Positions 44,938 to 54,074 of a stretch of 64,000 nt of DNA are shown one piece after another (position 1 is the stretch's first letter; every line of letters begins with the position of its first letter). Source of the stretch: Kofleriaceae bacterium (lineage in GTDB: Bacteria; Myxococcota_A; Polyangia; Haliangiales; Haliangiaceae); the NCBI GenBank assembly GCA_035262925.1, contig DATFRY010000602.1:3135-67134 (forward strand). Reading direction: 5' to 3'. Below the pieces are notes generated by a model, which worked only from the letters and a program-made list of their open reading frames with translations, searched no databases and had not been told where the DNA came from. Both the position numbers and the translations under genes were made by a program.

Positions 44938-44975
44938 CTCTGTGCGGTAATCGCACAGAGGTTCGACATACGAAC
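44938..44975. promoter_or_regulatory. second copy of the PcaR/IclR-type composite operator
   Basis: CTCTGTGCGGTAATCGCACAGAG followed by GTTCGACATACGAAC, 11 nt upstream of the Shine-Dalgarno sequence of the substrate-binding-protein gene. Same orientation and order as 31551-31587. Confidence 0.55.
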
Positions 44976-45173
44976 GATGCTGCATGGCTCGTGTCTCTGT
45001 CAATCCCGACCTGCCGCGCCGCCGATCGGGTGTCGCGCGATCGAGACGAGGACCGAGACGAGGTCGATCGCGTCGTCGATCGATGTGCGCGATCGGAGCG
45101 CGGCCGCGTGGCGCTCGAAGGGCGGCCGCGAACGATGCCGGGTCGGCCGCGCGATCTGCGCTATGCTGACGCG

Positions 45174-45587
45174 GTGCGCGCGCGTGCGCGATCGCGGCTC
45201 CTGAGCCTGCCCGTCATCGCGGCGCTGTGCGCGGCGGGCTGCTCCGGCGGCAGCGGCGGCGACGCCGCCGGCGGCAAGCCGGGTGCCGCCCGGCCTGGCG
45301 CCGGCGGCGCGGGCACCCCTCGCGCCACCGGCCCGCTCAGCGAGGCGGAGTGCATGCAGCTCCTCGATCACTACCTGGAGCTGGCGCTGGCCGAAAAGCG
45401 AGCCACGTTGCCGCCCGAGCAGCTGCCGACCGACGAGCAGGTGGCGCGCATCCGGGTCGACATGCGCGCCAGGGCCAAGGAGTCGTGCGTCGGCCTCACC
45501 GAGCGCGATCGCTACGACTGCGCGATGAAGGCCCGCACCACCCGCGCGCTCGGCATGTGTCTGGCCGGGCGATCGAAGGACGGCTGA
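45174..45587 (+). CDS. small lipoprotein, unknown function
   Basis: GTG 45174 in ORF 44751..45587. RSRLLSLPVIAALCAAGCSGG lipobox. Cys-containing helical C-terminus. The stop overlaps the next ATG (TGATG). Confidence 0.5.
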   Translation: MRARARSRLLSLPVIAALCAAGCSGGSGGDAAGGKPGAARPGAGGAGTPRATGPLSEAECMQLLDHYLELALAEKRATLPPEQLPTDEQVARIRVDMRARAKESCVGLTERDRYDCAMKARTTRALGMCLAGRSKDG

Positions 45588-46204
45588 TGGGTCGCCTCGC
45601 GCTCGCGGCCGGCGGGGCGCTGGTCGCGGCGCTGGTCGCTGTGCTGCTGGTCGAGACCCGCGCCGGCGACGAGAGGGGCGCGGCGCCCGGCCCGCAGGCG
45701 TCCCGTCCGGTCGAGGCGACGCCGGCGGCCCGCGCGGCCGACCCACCTGCGGCGCCCGACTCGCCGCCGCTCACCCCGGACGAGCATGCCGAGGCACCCG
45801 CACGCGCGGCGCCCGGCCTGGCGGCCGAAAGGCCGCGGCCGAGCGACCTGTCACCCCGGCCGGACGTCGTGGACCGCAAGCTCACCGCCAGGCCGATGCG
45901 CGACGCGCGCAAGGCCTACCAGGGCGGCGAGTACGAGGTCTCGCTGGCGCGGGCGCAGGACGTGCTGGCACTCGATCCGGAGTCCGACGCGGCGCGCGTC
46001 CTGGCCACGCTCGCGGCATGCGCGCTGGGCCGGCCGGAGGTCGCCAGGGCACACGCCGCCAGACTGGACGACATGCGGCGCAAGCGGGTCGCGAACCGGT
46101 GCGATGCGTTCGGCGTCGCGCTCGATGACGGATCCACCGAGCCGGCTGCCGGCGCCCGCGCCGGCAACTCGGGTGAGGGCGCGCGCCCCACGCTCGGTCA
46201 CTGA
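45587..46204 (+). CDS. membrane-anchored protein with a TPR-like C-terminus
   Basis: ATG 45587 in ORF 45227..46204. MGRLALAAGGALVAALVAVLLV TM anchor, a Pro/Ala-rich linker, then a helical domain. Confidence 0.5.
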   Translation: MGRLALAAGGALVAALVAVLLVETRAGDERGAAPGPQASRPVEATPAARAADPPAAPDSPPLTPDEHAEAPARAAPGLAAERPRPSDLSPRPDVVDRKLTARPMRDARKAYQGGEYEVSLARAQDVLALDPESDAARVLATLAACALGRPEVARAHAARLDDMRRKRVANRCDAFGVALDDGSTEPAAGARAGNSGEGARPTLGH

Positions 46205-46360
46205 GCTCCTCCCCGAGCTCTGTACGCTTCCGACACATCCGCGTCGCCGCCGCAGCGCATCGCGGCCGATGCGGTGGCGGATCCCGCAGAGCCGGTCCAG
46301 CGCGAGGACAGTCGGCCGCCGTCCGGCCGCTGGCCCGACGTGTGCACCGCTTCTGCGGTC

Positions 46361-47302
46361 ATGAACATCCTGTCGCGGCTGCTGCTCCGGCTCGGCTACG
46401 TCCGGCTCAGGGACTACGGATACACGCTGACGCGGGACGGTCGGATCGTGGAGATGCCGCGAGTGACGGATGATCGTTTCGCGCCGCCACCATGGGAGCC
46501 GATCGCATGGCAGAGCGCCGAGTCGTTTCTGCCCCCCGAGTCGCCGCCGGTGCCCCGCCCGCTGCCGCCTCCACCCATGGCGGAAGAGGTTGCGAATGCA
46601 ACGGGGACGGTGATCGGCCCGGAGACTGCGGCCCCAGTTGCGGTCCACGTGGCGGGGACAGTCGATTCGCACCCACCCGGGGCGACACCCGCCGCGCAGC
46701 CGGCACCGGTCCAGGTCGAGGACGAGGAGTGGGAGTGGCGCATGGCGCTGGCGCGGGCGCGAGAGCGCGCGGCGCGCGACGCGGCGCGCAGCCGCGGCGA
46801 TGGCGAGGCGCGCCCGCCGCATCCGGGCACCGCGGGCGAGACGCGGCCGCTGGACCTGGGCCGGGCGGCGACCCGGCTGGGCGCCGGTCCGGTCCGCCCG
46901 CCCGCTCCGTCCGACGGCGCCCGCATCGCCAGCCCGCCGCCCCATCCCTCGAGCTCCATGCTCGCCCGCGCCGGCGCGGCCGGCAGCGGCCGGCGCGACG
47001 AGGGCTCCGACTTCGCCGAGGGCTCGCGGCGCCACCCGATCACGCGCGCCGAGGTCGGCGATCTGACCGCGACCGACGTCTCGATCCTCCCGGACCTCCG
47101 CGAGGAGGACGAGACCAGCATCGACGCCTCCGCGAACCGTCTGGCCCGCGCCCTCCACCCCGAGGCCGACCCGCTCGAGGACCCGACCGGCGCCGAGGCC
47201 GTCACCACCGTCATGGAGCTGCCGCCCACGCCGCTTCCGGCGAGCGCGCCGGCAGCCCTCCCGAGGGCGACCACCCGGCTGCGGCGAACCACCCCGGCGT
47301 AG
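46361..47302 (+). CDS. proline-rich hypothetical protein
   Basis: ATG 46361 (MNILSRLLLRLGYVRLRDYGYTL) in ORF 46274..47302. GC3 bias favours this frame over the antisense shadow ORFs. Confidence 0.45.
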   Translation: MNILSRLLLRLGYVRLRDYGYTLTRDGRIVEMPRVTDDRFAPPPWEPIAWQSAESFLPPESPPVPRPLPPPPMAEEVANATGTVIGPETAAPVAVHVAGTVDSHPPGATPAAQPAPVQVEDEEWEWRMALARARERAARDAARSRGDGEARPPHPGTAGETRPLDLGRAATRLGAGPVRPPAPSDGARIASPPPHPSSSMLARAGAAGSGRRDEGSDFAEGSRRHPITRAEVGDLTATDVSILPDLREEDETSIDASANRLARALHPEADPLEDPTGAEAVTTVMELPPTPLPASAPAALPRATTRLRRTTPA

Positions 47303-47320
47303 GCGCCGGGGTCAGGCGCC
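47302..47320. terminator. GC hairpin between convergent genes
   Basis: GGCGCC-ggggtca-GGCGCC (6-bp stem), immediately after the 47302 stop and before the convergent stop at 47329. There is no clear U-tract. Confidence 0.3.
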
Positions 47321-47328
47321 TCGTCTCG

Positions 47329-48141
47329 TCAGCGCCCGGTGAAGCGGGGCGGCCGCTTCTCGGCGAAGGCGCGCAACCCCTCGTTGCGGTCCTCGCTGTA
47401 CAGAGTCACGTCGTAACAGCGCCGCTCGAGGGCCAGCGCCTGATCGATCGGCAGATCGATGCCCTGGTCGATGGCCTTCTTCGCCATCGCCACCGACAGC
47501 GGGGCGCAGCTGCCCAGCTCGGCGGCCAGCTCCTCGGCCGCGGCGCGCAGCTCGGCGGCCGGCACCACGCGGCTGACCAGGCCGATCTCGAGCGCGCGCC
47601 GCGCGTCGATGCGGCGGCCGGTCAGGACCAGCTCCTTGGCCCGCGCCGCCCCGAGCAGGCGCGCCAGGCGCTGGGTGCCGCCGGCGCCCGGCATGATGCC
47701 GAGTCGCACCTCCGACAGACCCATCACCGCCTCCTCGCTGGCGATGCGGAAATCGCAGGCCAGCGCGAGCTCGAGACCTCCCCCCAGCGCGACGCCGCCG
47801 AGCGCCGCGATGGTCGGCCTCGGCATCTCGGCCCACGCGGTGATCGCGCCCGAGATGGCGTCGACGTACGGGCCGGTGTCGGCGGCGGCCACGCCGCGGC
47901 GCTCCTTGAGATCCGCGCCGGCAGAGAAGGCGCCCGGCGCGCCGGTCAGCACGACCGCGCGCACGCCCGCGTCCTGGCCCAGCTCGATCGCGAGCCGCTG
48001 CAATTCCAGATTGACGGCCCGGGACAGGGCGTTCTTGGCCTCTGGCCGGTCGAGCGTGACCCAGACGGCGCCGCCGGCGCCGCGCTCGACCCGGATGTCG
48101 CCCGCGCCGCGCCCGCCTGACGATTGACTGCCTGCTGTCAT
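47329..48141 (-). CDS. enoyl-CoA hydratase/isomerase (methylglutaconyl-CoA hydratase-like by context)
   Basis: ATG 48141 (MTAGSQ...) overlaps the HMG-CoA lyase stop. Crotonase motifs GAFSAGADLKE and ALGGGLELALACD. Confidence 0.85.
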   Translation of the reverse strand: MTAGSQSSGGRGAGDIRVERGAGGAVWVTLDRPEAKNALSRAVNLELQRLAIELGQDAGVRAVVLTGAPGAFSAGADLKERRGVAAADTGPYVDAISGAITAWAEMPRPTIAALGGVALGGGLELALACDFRIASEEAVMGLSEVRLGIMPGAGGTQRLARLLGAARAKELVLTGRRIDARRALEIGLVSRVVPAAELRAAAEELAAELGSCAPLSVAMAKKAIDQGIDLPIDQALALERRCYDVTLYSEDRNEGLRAFAEKRPPRFTGR

Positions 48142-49124
48142 CAGTCCTCCGCCGCGCCCTGCGCCTCGGCCCGCTCCTTCTGCCGGCGCGCGCGCGCCTG
48201 CTTGCCCATGTGGGCCTTGAGATACTTGGAGGGCAGCTCGTGGCCGACCAGCGACGCGGCCAGTCGCGAGCACTCGACCAGCTTGTCGAGATCGATGCCG
48301 GTCTCCACCCCCATGCCGTGCAGCATCGCCACGACGTCCTCGGTGGCCAGATTTCCGGCCGCGCCCGGGGCGTAGGGACAGCCGCCCAGGCCGCCGATGG
48401 CCGCGTCGATGGTCGTGATGCCCAGGCTGAGCGCGACCGTGCAGTTGGCCAGCGCGGTGCCCTGGGTGTCGTGGAAGTGGACGGCGGCCTGCTCGAGCGG
48501 CAGGTCGGACAGGATGAGATCGAGGACCCGCTCGACCTGCCAGGGGTTGGCCACGCCGATGGTGTCGCTGAGCGAGATCTGATAGACGCCCATGTCGCGC
48601 AGGGTCACGGCCAGGCGGCGCGCCACCTCCGGGTCGACGTCTCCCTCGTACGGACATCCGAACACGGTCGACAGGTAGGCGCGGACCTTCACGCCGGCCT
48701 CGGTCGCCGGCGTGACGACGTCCTCGAAGGCGGTCAGGGTCTGGGCGATGGTCTTGTTGACGTTGCGCTTGTTGTGGGTCTCGGAGGTCGACATGAACAG
48801 CGCGATCTCGCGCATCCCGCCCTCGAGCGCCGCCTCCAGGCCGTGCCGGTTGGGCACCAGCGCCGAGAAGCGGACCTCCGGGTGGCGCTTGACCTGCCGG
48901 GCGACCGCCACCGCGTCGGCCAGCTGCGGGATCCACTTCGGGCTGACGAAGCTGGTGATCTCGACGGCCGGCAGGCCGGTCTCCGACAGCGAGTCGATGA
49001 GGGCGACCTTGTCGTGGGTGGCGACCTGGCGAGACTCGTTCTGCAGCCCGTCTCGCGGGCCCACCTCGTAGATCGTGACGTGCCTGGGCAGCTTCTCGAA
49101 GTTCACGGGACTCCCCTGGACCAT
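48141..49124 (-). CDS. hydroxymethylglutaryl-CoA lyase
   Basis: VTIYEVGPRDGLQNE...EITSFVSPKWIPQ...HFHDTQGTALAN...GGLGGCPYAPGAAGN are diagnostic of HMGL. Confidence 0.9.
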   Translation of the reverse strand: MVQGSPVNFEKLPRHVTIYEVGPRDGLQNESRQVATHDKVALIDSLSETGLPAVEITSFVSPKWIPQLADAVAVARQVKRHPEVRFSALVPNRHGLEAALEGGMREIALFMSTSETHNKRNVNKTIAQTLTAFEDVVTPATEAGVKVRAYLSTVFGCPYEGDVDPEVARRLAVTLRDMGVYQISLSDTIGVANPWQVERVLDLILSDLPLEQAAVHFHDTQGTALANCTVALSLGITTIDAAIGGLGGCPYAPGAAGNLATEDVVAMLHGMGVETGIDLDKLVECSRLAASLVGHELPSKYLKAHMGKQARARRQKERAEAQGAAED

Positions 49125-49163
49125 AGTAGTTTCGAGGGCTGTTGGCGAGCGGGGGGCGCGACG

Positions 49164-49817
49164 CTACAGGGAGCGCAGGAGCTCGACGGTGAGCTGGTCG
49201 AGGGTGGCGAGCACGTGGTGAGCGGCCGACTGGTCGTGTCCGGCGAAGTTGCCGGCCTGGACCGCGATCACCTTGGCCCCGGCCGCGAGCCCGGCGGCGA
49301 TGCCGGCGTGAGAGTCCTCGACCACCAGGCACTCCGACGGCGCGACGCCGAGCGCGGTCGCCGCCGCCAGGTAGCCGTCCGGTGCCGGCTTGGAGCGCGG
49401 CACGTCCTCGCTGGCCACGACCGCGCGGAAGACACCGCCCAGGCCGAGCGCGTCCAGCGCCTGGGCAGCCTCGGCGCGCGACGAGCCCGTCACCACGCCG
49501 AGCGGGAGGTGCCGGAAGCGCGCGATCGCCTGCTGCGCTCCCGGCAGCACGGTGACCCCGAGCTCGGCGAAGACGCTGGCGCGCTGCGCGGTGGTGGCGG
49601 CGATGAGCTCGGCGCGCGACCAGGCGAGCGGCCCGTGCACGGCGCACAGGTGATCGTAGATGTCGACCCACGAGCGGCCGATGATGAAGTCGCGCTCGGC
49701 CTGCCCGATCTCGACGCCCAGCCCGACGTGGAGCGCGCGCGCCATCGCCTCGGCGCTCTCGCGCTCGCTGTCCAGCAGCGTGCCGTCGAGATCGAACAGG
49801 ATGGCGCGGATGGGCAC
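49164..49817 (-). CDS. HAD-superfamily hydrolase (beta-phosphoglucomutase/phosphatase subfamily)
   Basis: GTG 49817 in ORF 49164..49925. Motif I FDLDGTLLDS, motif II VVTGSS, motif IV VEDSHAG. The start is uncertain. Confidence 0.75.
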   Translation of the reverse strand: MPIRAILFDLDGTLLDSERESAEAMARALHVGLGVEIGQAERDFIIGRSWVDIYDHLCAVHGPLAWSRAELIAATTAQRASVFAELGVTVLPGAQQAIARFRHLPLGVVTGSSRAEAAQALDALGLGGVFRAVVASEDVPRSKPAPDGYLAAATALGVAPSECLVVEDSHAGIAAGLAAGAKVIAVQAGNFAGHDQSAAHHVLATLDQLTVELLRSL

Positions 49818-49849
49818 GACGTCGCCTCGGGAGCCGGGCCGGGATCTTA

Positions 49850-50008
49850 GACCAGGGTTCGCTCGTGTCGAGCCAACCGACGCTGCGGTCGAACGAGGTG
49901 CCGGCGGGATCGGCCGCGACTCCATCGAAATCGACCGGCCGAGCCCGGCAGCGCGAAGCCCTGGGCCCCGGGCCCGCGGCGGTCCTTCGAAGCGAGCCCA
50001 GGGGTTAG
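49850..50008 (+). repeat. MITE-like dispersed repeat, copy A
   Basis: Shares GACCAGGGTTCG.TCG.GTCGAGCC.ACCGAC, ATCGACCGGCCGAGC, GCGCGAAGC and CGAAGCGAGCCC.GGGGT.AG with copy B. Imperfect ~20-bp terminal inverted repeats. Confidence 0.6.
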
Positions 50009-50069
50009 CCGGTCACGACGGCTCGCGCACCGGCTCATTGACAGGCGAGCCGCGGCGACCACACCGTGG

Positions 50070-51569
50070 GTGCGCATGACCCGCCCTGCCCTGCTCGCTC
50101 CCGCGGTCGCAGCCCGGCTCGCGCCGGCGCCCGCCCGCGCCCGCGCTGCCGGCCGCGCCGTGGCCGTCGCTCTCGCCCTCGCGGTGACGTCGTCCGCGCC
50201 GGCAGGTTGCAGCGCCGCCGCGGCCGACGCGGGTCGCGCAGAGACGCTGCTCGAGCGCGGCGACTACGCGGGCGCGCGCCTCGCGGTCGACCGCGGCCTC
50301 CAGCGCGCGCCGCGCGACGGGCGGCTCCGGCGCCTCGAGATGCGCGCGCTGCTCGCCGGCGGCGACGCGCGCGGCGCCGTGGCGGCCTACCGGCGCTGGC
50401 GAGACGCGCGCGGCCGCGACGACGCCGACGCGCTGCGCGCCCTCGCCCGCACGACGCTGTGGCAGGCGCTGCGCGCGCACGCGCCCGCGATCCAGACGGC
50501 GGCCGTCCAGGCGGTCGAGCGGCTCGAGCTCGAGGAGCTGGCGCCCGAGGTGGCCCGGCTCATGCGATCCGACGACGACGTGGTGGCGGCCGCGGCCGGC
50601 TCGGCGCTGCTCACCGCGCACGAGAATGCGCCGCAGCTCCTGGTCAGCCTCCTCGGCAGCGGCGACCCGGCCGCGCGCGCCCTCGCCACCGACGGCATCG
50701 GCCGCAAGGCCGGCGCGTTCGCGCGAGGCGACCTCGTCCCCATGCTGGGCGACCGCGACCCGGGCGTGCGCGGCGCGGCCGCCGCCGCGGTGGGACGCTT
50801 CGCCGAGGGCGAGGACCTGGCCCGCCTGGTCGCCATGGCGCGCCGCGACGCCGACGGCCGGGTGCGCGCCCGCGTGCTGCGCGCGCTGGCGGGGCGCGGC
50901 GTCGCCGGAGCGGTGGCGCTGGGCCGTGCTGCCGCCGCCGATCCCTACCTGGGGGCGCGCCAGGCCGCCGTCGACCTGCTCGCGCGCGCGGACTCACCGG
51001 CCGCGGCGGCGGCGCTCGACGAGCTGACCGGGTCGGGCGACCGGCAGCTCGCGCTGGCCGCGGCGGCCGCCCGCCTGCGCCGCGGCCAGACGCCGGCCGC
51101 GCTGGCGGCGCTCGAGCGCGCGCTGGCCGACCCGTCGTGGCCGGCGCGCGTCGCCGCGATCAACGCCGCCGGCGCCGCGCCGCGCCGGCTCGCGCTGACC
51201 ATGGCGGGCCGGGGCGTGGCCGATGCGCGGCCCGAGGTCCGGCTGGCGGCCGCGCGCCTGCTCCTCGCGCTCGGCCAGGCGGAGCGCGCGCGCGGCGAGC
51301 TGCTCGCCGCGCTGTCGCGGCCCGATCGGCTGCTCCAGCTCGACGCGGCCACCGACCTCGCCCGGCTGGGCGACGCGCGCGGCGAGGCCGTGCTCGACCG
51401 CCTGGCCGGCAGCGAGTCGCCGGAGCTGCGCGCCGCCGCCGTGAGCGCACATGCGGCGATCGCGCGCGTCACGCCGGGCCTGGTCGGCGTCCTCGCCGAT
51501 GCCAGGCCCGAGCTGCGCCTGGCCGCGGCCGAGGCCATCCTGCGCGCGACCGGCCGCTCGGGCGATTGA
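50070..51569 (+). CDS. HEAT-repeat lipoprotein
   Basis: Lipobox TSSAPAGCS. Repeated D.(D/R)P.VR..AA..L motifs (GDRDPGVRGAAAAAVG, DADGRVRARVLRAL, DARPEVRLAAARLL, DARPELRLAAAEAI). Confidence 0.75.
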   Translation: MRMTRPALLAPAVAARLAPAPARARAAGRAVAVALALAVTSSAPAGCSAAAADAGRAETLLERGDYAGARLAVDRGLQRAPRDGRLRRLEMRALLAGGDARGAVAAYRRWRDARGRDDADALRALARTTLWQALRAHAPAIQTAAVQAVERLELEELAPEVARLMRSDDDVVAAAAGSALLTAHENAPQLLVSLLGSGDPAARALATDGIGRKAGAFARGDLVPMLGDRDPGVRGAAAAAVGRFAEGEDLARLVAMARRDADGRVRARVLRALAGRGVAGAVALGRAAAADPYLGARQAAVDLLARADSPAAAAALDELTGSGDRQLALAAAAARLRRGQTPAALAALERALADPSWPARVAAINAAGAAPRRLALTMAGRGVADARPEVRLAAARLLLALGQAERARGELLAALSRPDRLLQLDAATDLARLGDARGEAVLDRLAGSESPELRAAAVSAHAAIARVTPGLVGVLADARPELRLAAAEAILRATGRSGD

Positions 51570-51601
51570 CACAGCGCCGACGAGCCGGCGCCCGCGAGCT
51601 G

Positions 51602-51768
51602 GACCAGGGTTCGGTCGCGTCGAGCCGACCGACCCTGACGGTCGGTCCAGAAGCGGTATCGACGGTGTCGGCGGGGACCCCGTCGACATCGACCGGCCGA
51701 GCGCGGATGCGCGAAGCTCCCTGAGCCCAGAGCTCGATGAGGTCGACCGAAGCGAGCCCCGGGGTCAG
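51602..51768 (+). repeat. MITE-like dispersed repeat, copy B
   Basis: Same orientation as copy A. The 3' end overlaps the stop codon of the convergent porin gene. Confidence 0.6.
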
Positions 51769-53324
51769 AAGTTCAGCTGCGCCTGCCCGATCAGCACGTG
51801 CTCGACGTCGCCGGGCTGCTCGGGGCCGTTCCGCGTGTTGTAGTTGAAGTAGGTGTAGGAGCCGCCGAGCGACAGGTTGGAGCCGTGGAGGTAGCGCAGC
51901 TGCCCGGTCGCCTCGACCAGCCGATCGCCGGGCGGCGTGCTGTCGACCGGCCTGCCGCCGACGCCGAGCAGCGCCACCCGCGAGTGCCCGACCCGCGCCG
52001 ACAGCTGCAACGTCTGCTGCACGAGCGGGTAGCTCGCGTGGAGGTAGCCGGCCAGGTAGTTGCGGTGGCCGTCGGCGTCCGGGTCGACCAGCTCCTTGAT
52101 CGTCTGGTTGTCCGAGTGAAACAGGATGGTGCCCCAGCGCTCGTGGCGCCAGATGCCCTCGGCGACCAGCTCCAGCCCGCGCCAGCGCAGCGCCGCGTCC
52201 GCGCTCGTGCTCCACACCCGCACGTTGTCGGTCTCGCCGTTGGAGTCGACGTCGCGGTTGGCCACCGCCTGGCCGCCGATCCGGTCGGGCACCTGCGTCA
52301 GATCGTGGACCGCGCCGGCGCCGATCATCACGCGCAGCTCGGGGTCGCGGGTCAGGTTGCCCGAGAAGGCGTCGAAGCGCGCGCCCAGCAGCGCGGCGTC
52401 GACCCTGAGCAGGGTCACGACGTCGATGTTGTCGTTGAGCTGGTTGGGCCCGCCGCCATTGGACATCCCGGCGTGATAGGCGACCCGGTCGCCCCACAGC
52501 GACCCGTGGGCCCAGAGGCCGATGTCGCGGTCGTAGCGCAGCCCCTCCACCGCCGCCGGCCGCTCGAAGATGTCGATCGACGAGTCGCTGGCCCACCACA
52601 CCCGCGTGAAGTACATCTTGTCCTGGCCGGCGCGCAGGCTCAGCTCGGGCGCCAGCTCGTAGTCGATGAAGTAGTCGAGCGCCGGCGCGCCGTCGGCGGC
52701 CGCCTCGAGCTGCAGCTTGTAGGTCAGCTCCTCGCGCGCGACGTGCCCGCCTACCACCAGGCGCGCGCGCCGCAGCCGGAAGGTGGCCTCCTCGACGCTG
52801 TCGGCCCCCTTGGCCAGCGTGGTCTGGTAGCGCGGCTGCACGAAGCCGCCGATCCTGATCGAGTAGGCGCCGTCGGCGGTGATCCACTCGAACCCGCGCT
52901 TGTACTCGACGGCGCCGACCGCCGCGCTGGCCGCTCCGGCCGGCTGTTCGATGCCGGAGAGCTGCGTGCGCAGCGCCTCCACCTCGCGGCGCATCTGGGC
53001 GGCCTGGTTGCTCAGGCGATCGAGCGAGCCGACCACCTCGGGACCGACCGCGCTCTGCCGCGCCGCCTTGTCGATGCGCTGCTCCAGCGCCGTCACCCGC
53101 GTGGACAGCTGCTGCACCGAGCCGGACAGGGTCTGCGCCGCCGCCGCGGCCGGCCGCAGCTGCTCCAGCTCCTTGCGGATGGCCGCCACCTGCGTCCTGA
53201 GATCACCGGCCGCCGCCTGCTGCGCCGGTTGCGGCGGGTGCGCCGGAGCCTGTCCGGAAGCCGCGCCCGGCAGGATCCCTGCCGCAAGAACCGCGATGGT
53301 GGCCACGAGCGCGCTGCGCGACAT
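51765..53324 (-). CDS. outer-membrane porin (phosphate-selective porin O/P-like) with an N-terminal coiled coil
   Basis: ATG 53324 is preceded by GGAGGAGGAG. Signal peptide, then a coiled-coil segment, then alternating beta-strand pattern. The C-terminal LIGQAQLNF ends in Phe. Confidence 0.7.
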   Translation of the reverse strand: MSRSALVATIAVLAAGILPGAASGQAPAHPPQPAQQAAAGDLRTQVAAIRKELEQLRPAAAAAQTLSGSVQQLSTRVTALEQRIDKAARQSAVGPEVVGSLDRLSNQAAQMRREVEALRTQLSGIEQPAGAASAAVGAVEYKRGFEWITADGAYSIRIGGFVQPRYQTTLAKGADSVEEATFRLRRARLVVGGHVAREELTYKLQLEAAADGAPALDYFIDYELAPELSLRAGQDKMYFTRVWWASDSSIDIFERPAAVEGLRYDRDIGLWAHGSLWGDRVAYHAGMSNGGGPNQLNDNIDVVTLLRVDAALLGARFDAFSGNLTRDPELRVMIGAGAVHDLTQVPDRIGGQAVANRDVDSNGETDNVRVWSTSADAALRWRGLELVAEGIWRHERWGTILFHSDNQTIKELVDPDADGHRNYLAGYLHASYPLVQQTLQLSARVGHSRVALLGVGGRPVDSTPPGDRLVEATGQLRYLHGSNLSLGGSYTYFNYNTRNGPEQPGDVEHVLIGQAQLNF

Positions 53325-53615
53325 CCGAGCTCTCTCCTCCTCCGGCTGCGAAAGGCGACGCCCTCCCGGGGGGGCAAGGGCGCACAAGGTATCACGCAGC
53401 GTGGATGAAGCGGGATCGCGCCGCCCACATAGCGGAGGAAGCCGCCGGGGCGCCGCCCGACGGTACATCCTTGGCTCGCCGACGAGCTCGCCGGCGAACA
53501 GGCAGTCGGGCTGCATTGCGGGCAGCCTCGCCGCGGCGGCGCGGCCCCACCGCAGCGCGGGCCAGCTCCACCGCCACCGAGGTGAAGGCGCCCGGTCGCG
53601 CGACGATCGATCGCC

Positions 53616-53984
53616 CTATCGCCGCTCGATGTGCACGCGGCCGCGGACCACCCAGCGGCCCTCGACCCAGACGTAGCGCCGGCCGCGCCGCTGCCAGTGA
53701 CCCGGATCCCAGACGTATCCGGCTCGCGCCGCCCGCCAGAAGCCGGCCCGCCATACCCAGTGCCCGCCGCGGAACTCCCAGCGCCCGCGGATCCACACGT
53801 AGCCCGGCCGCACCACGACGCGCTCTCTGCGCGGCGGCGGCGGCGCCTCCTCGACCTCGACGACGGGGCCTGCAGTCACGCGGGCGCGGGTCCGCACCAC
53901 GCATCCCGACTCCAGGGACGTCACCGACGCCAGCGTTGCGGCCAGCCCGACGGCGGTGATCAATGCGCGCCAGTTTCTCTTCAT
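53616..53984 (-). CDS. YXWGXW-repeat lipoprotein
   Basis: ATG 53984 (MKRNWRALITAVGLAATLAS...SGC) is preceded by AAGGAGGAG. Repeats GYVWIRGRWEF, GHWVWRAGFW, GYVWDPGHWQ and RYVWVEGRWV. Confidence 0.7.
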   Translation of the reverse strand: MKRNWRALITAVGLAATLASVTSLESGCVVRTRARVTAGPVVEVEEAPPPPRRERVVVRPGYVWIRGRWEFRGGHWVWRAGFWRAARAGYVWDPGHWQRRGRRYVWVEGRWVVRGRVHIERR

Positions 53985-54074
53985 CGCGGTGCTCTCCTCC
54001 TTGTCCTGCTCAGACGAGCCCCGTCCGCGAGCCACGCACGGCGCGGCGACCTTTGCCGGCGGCGACCCGGATGG

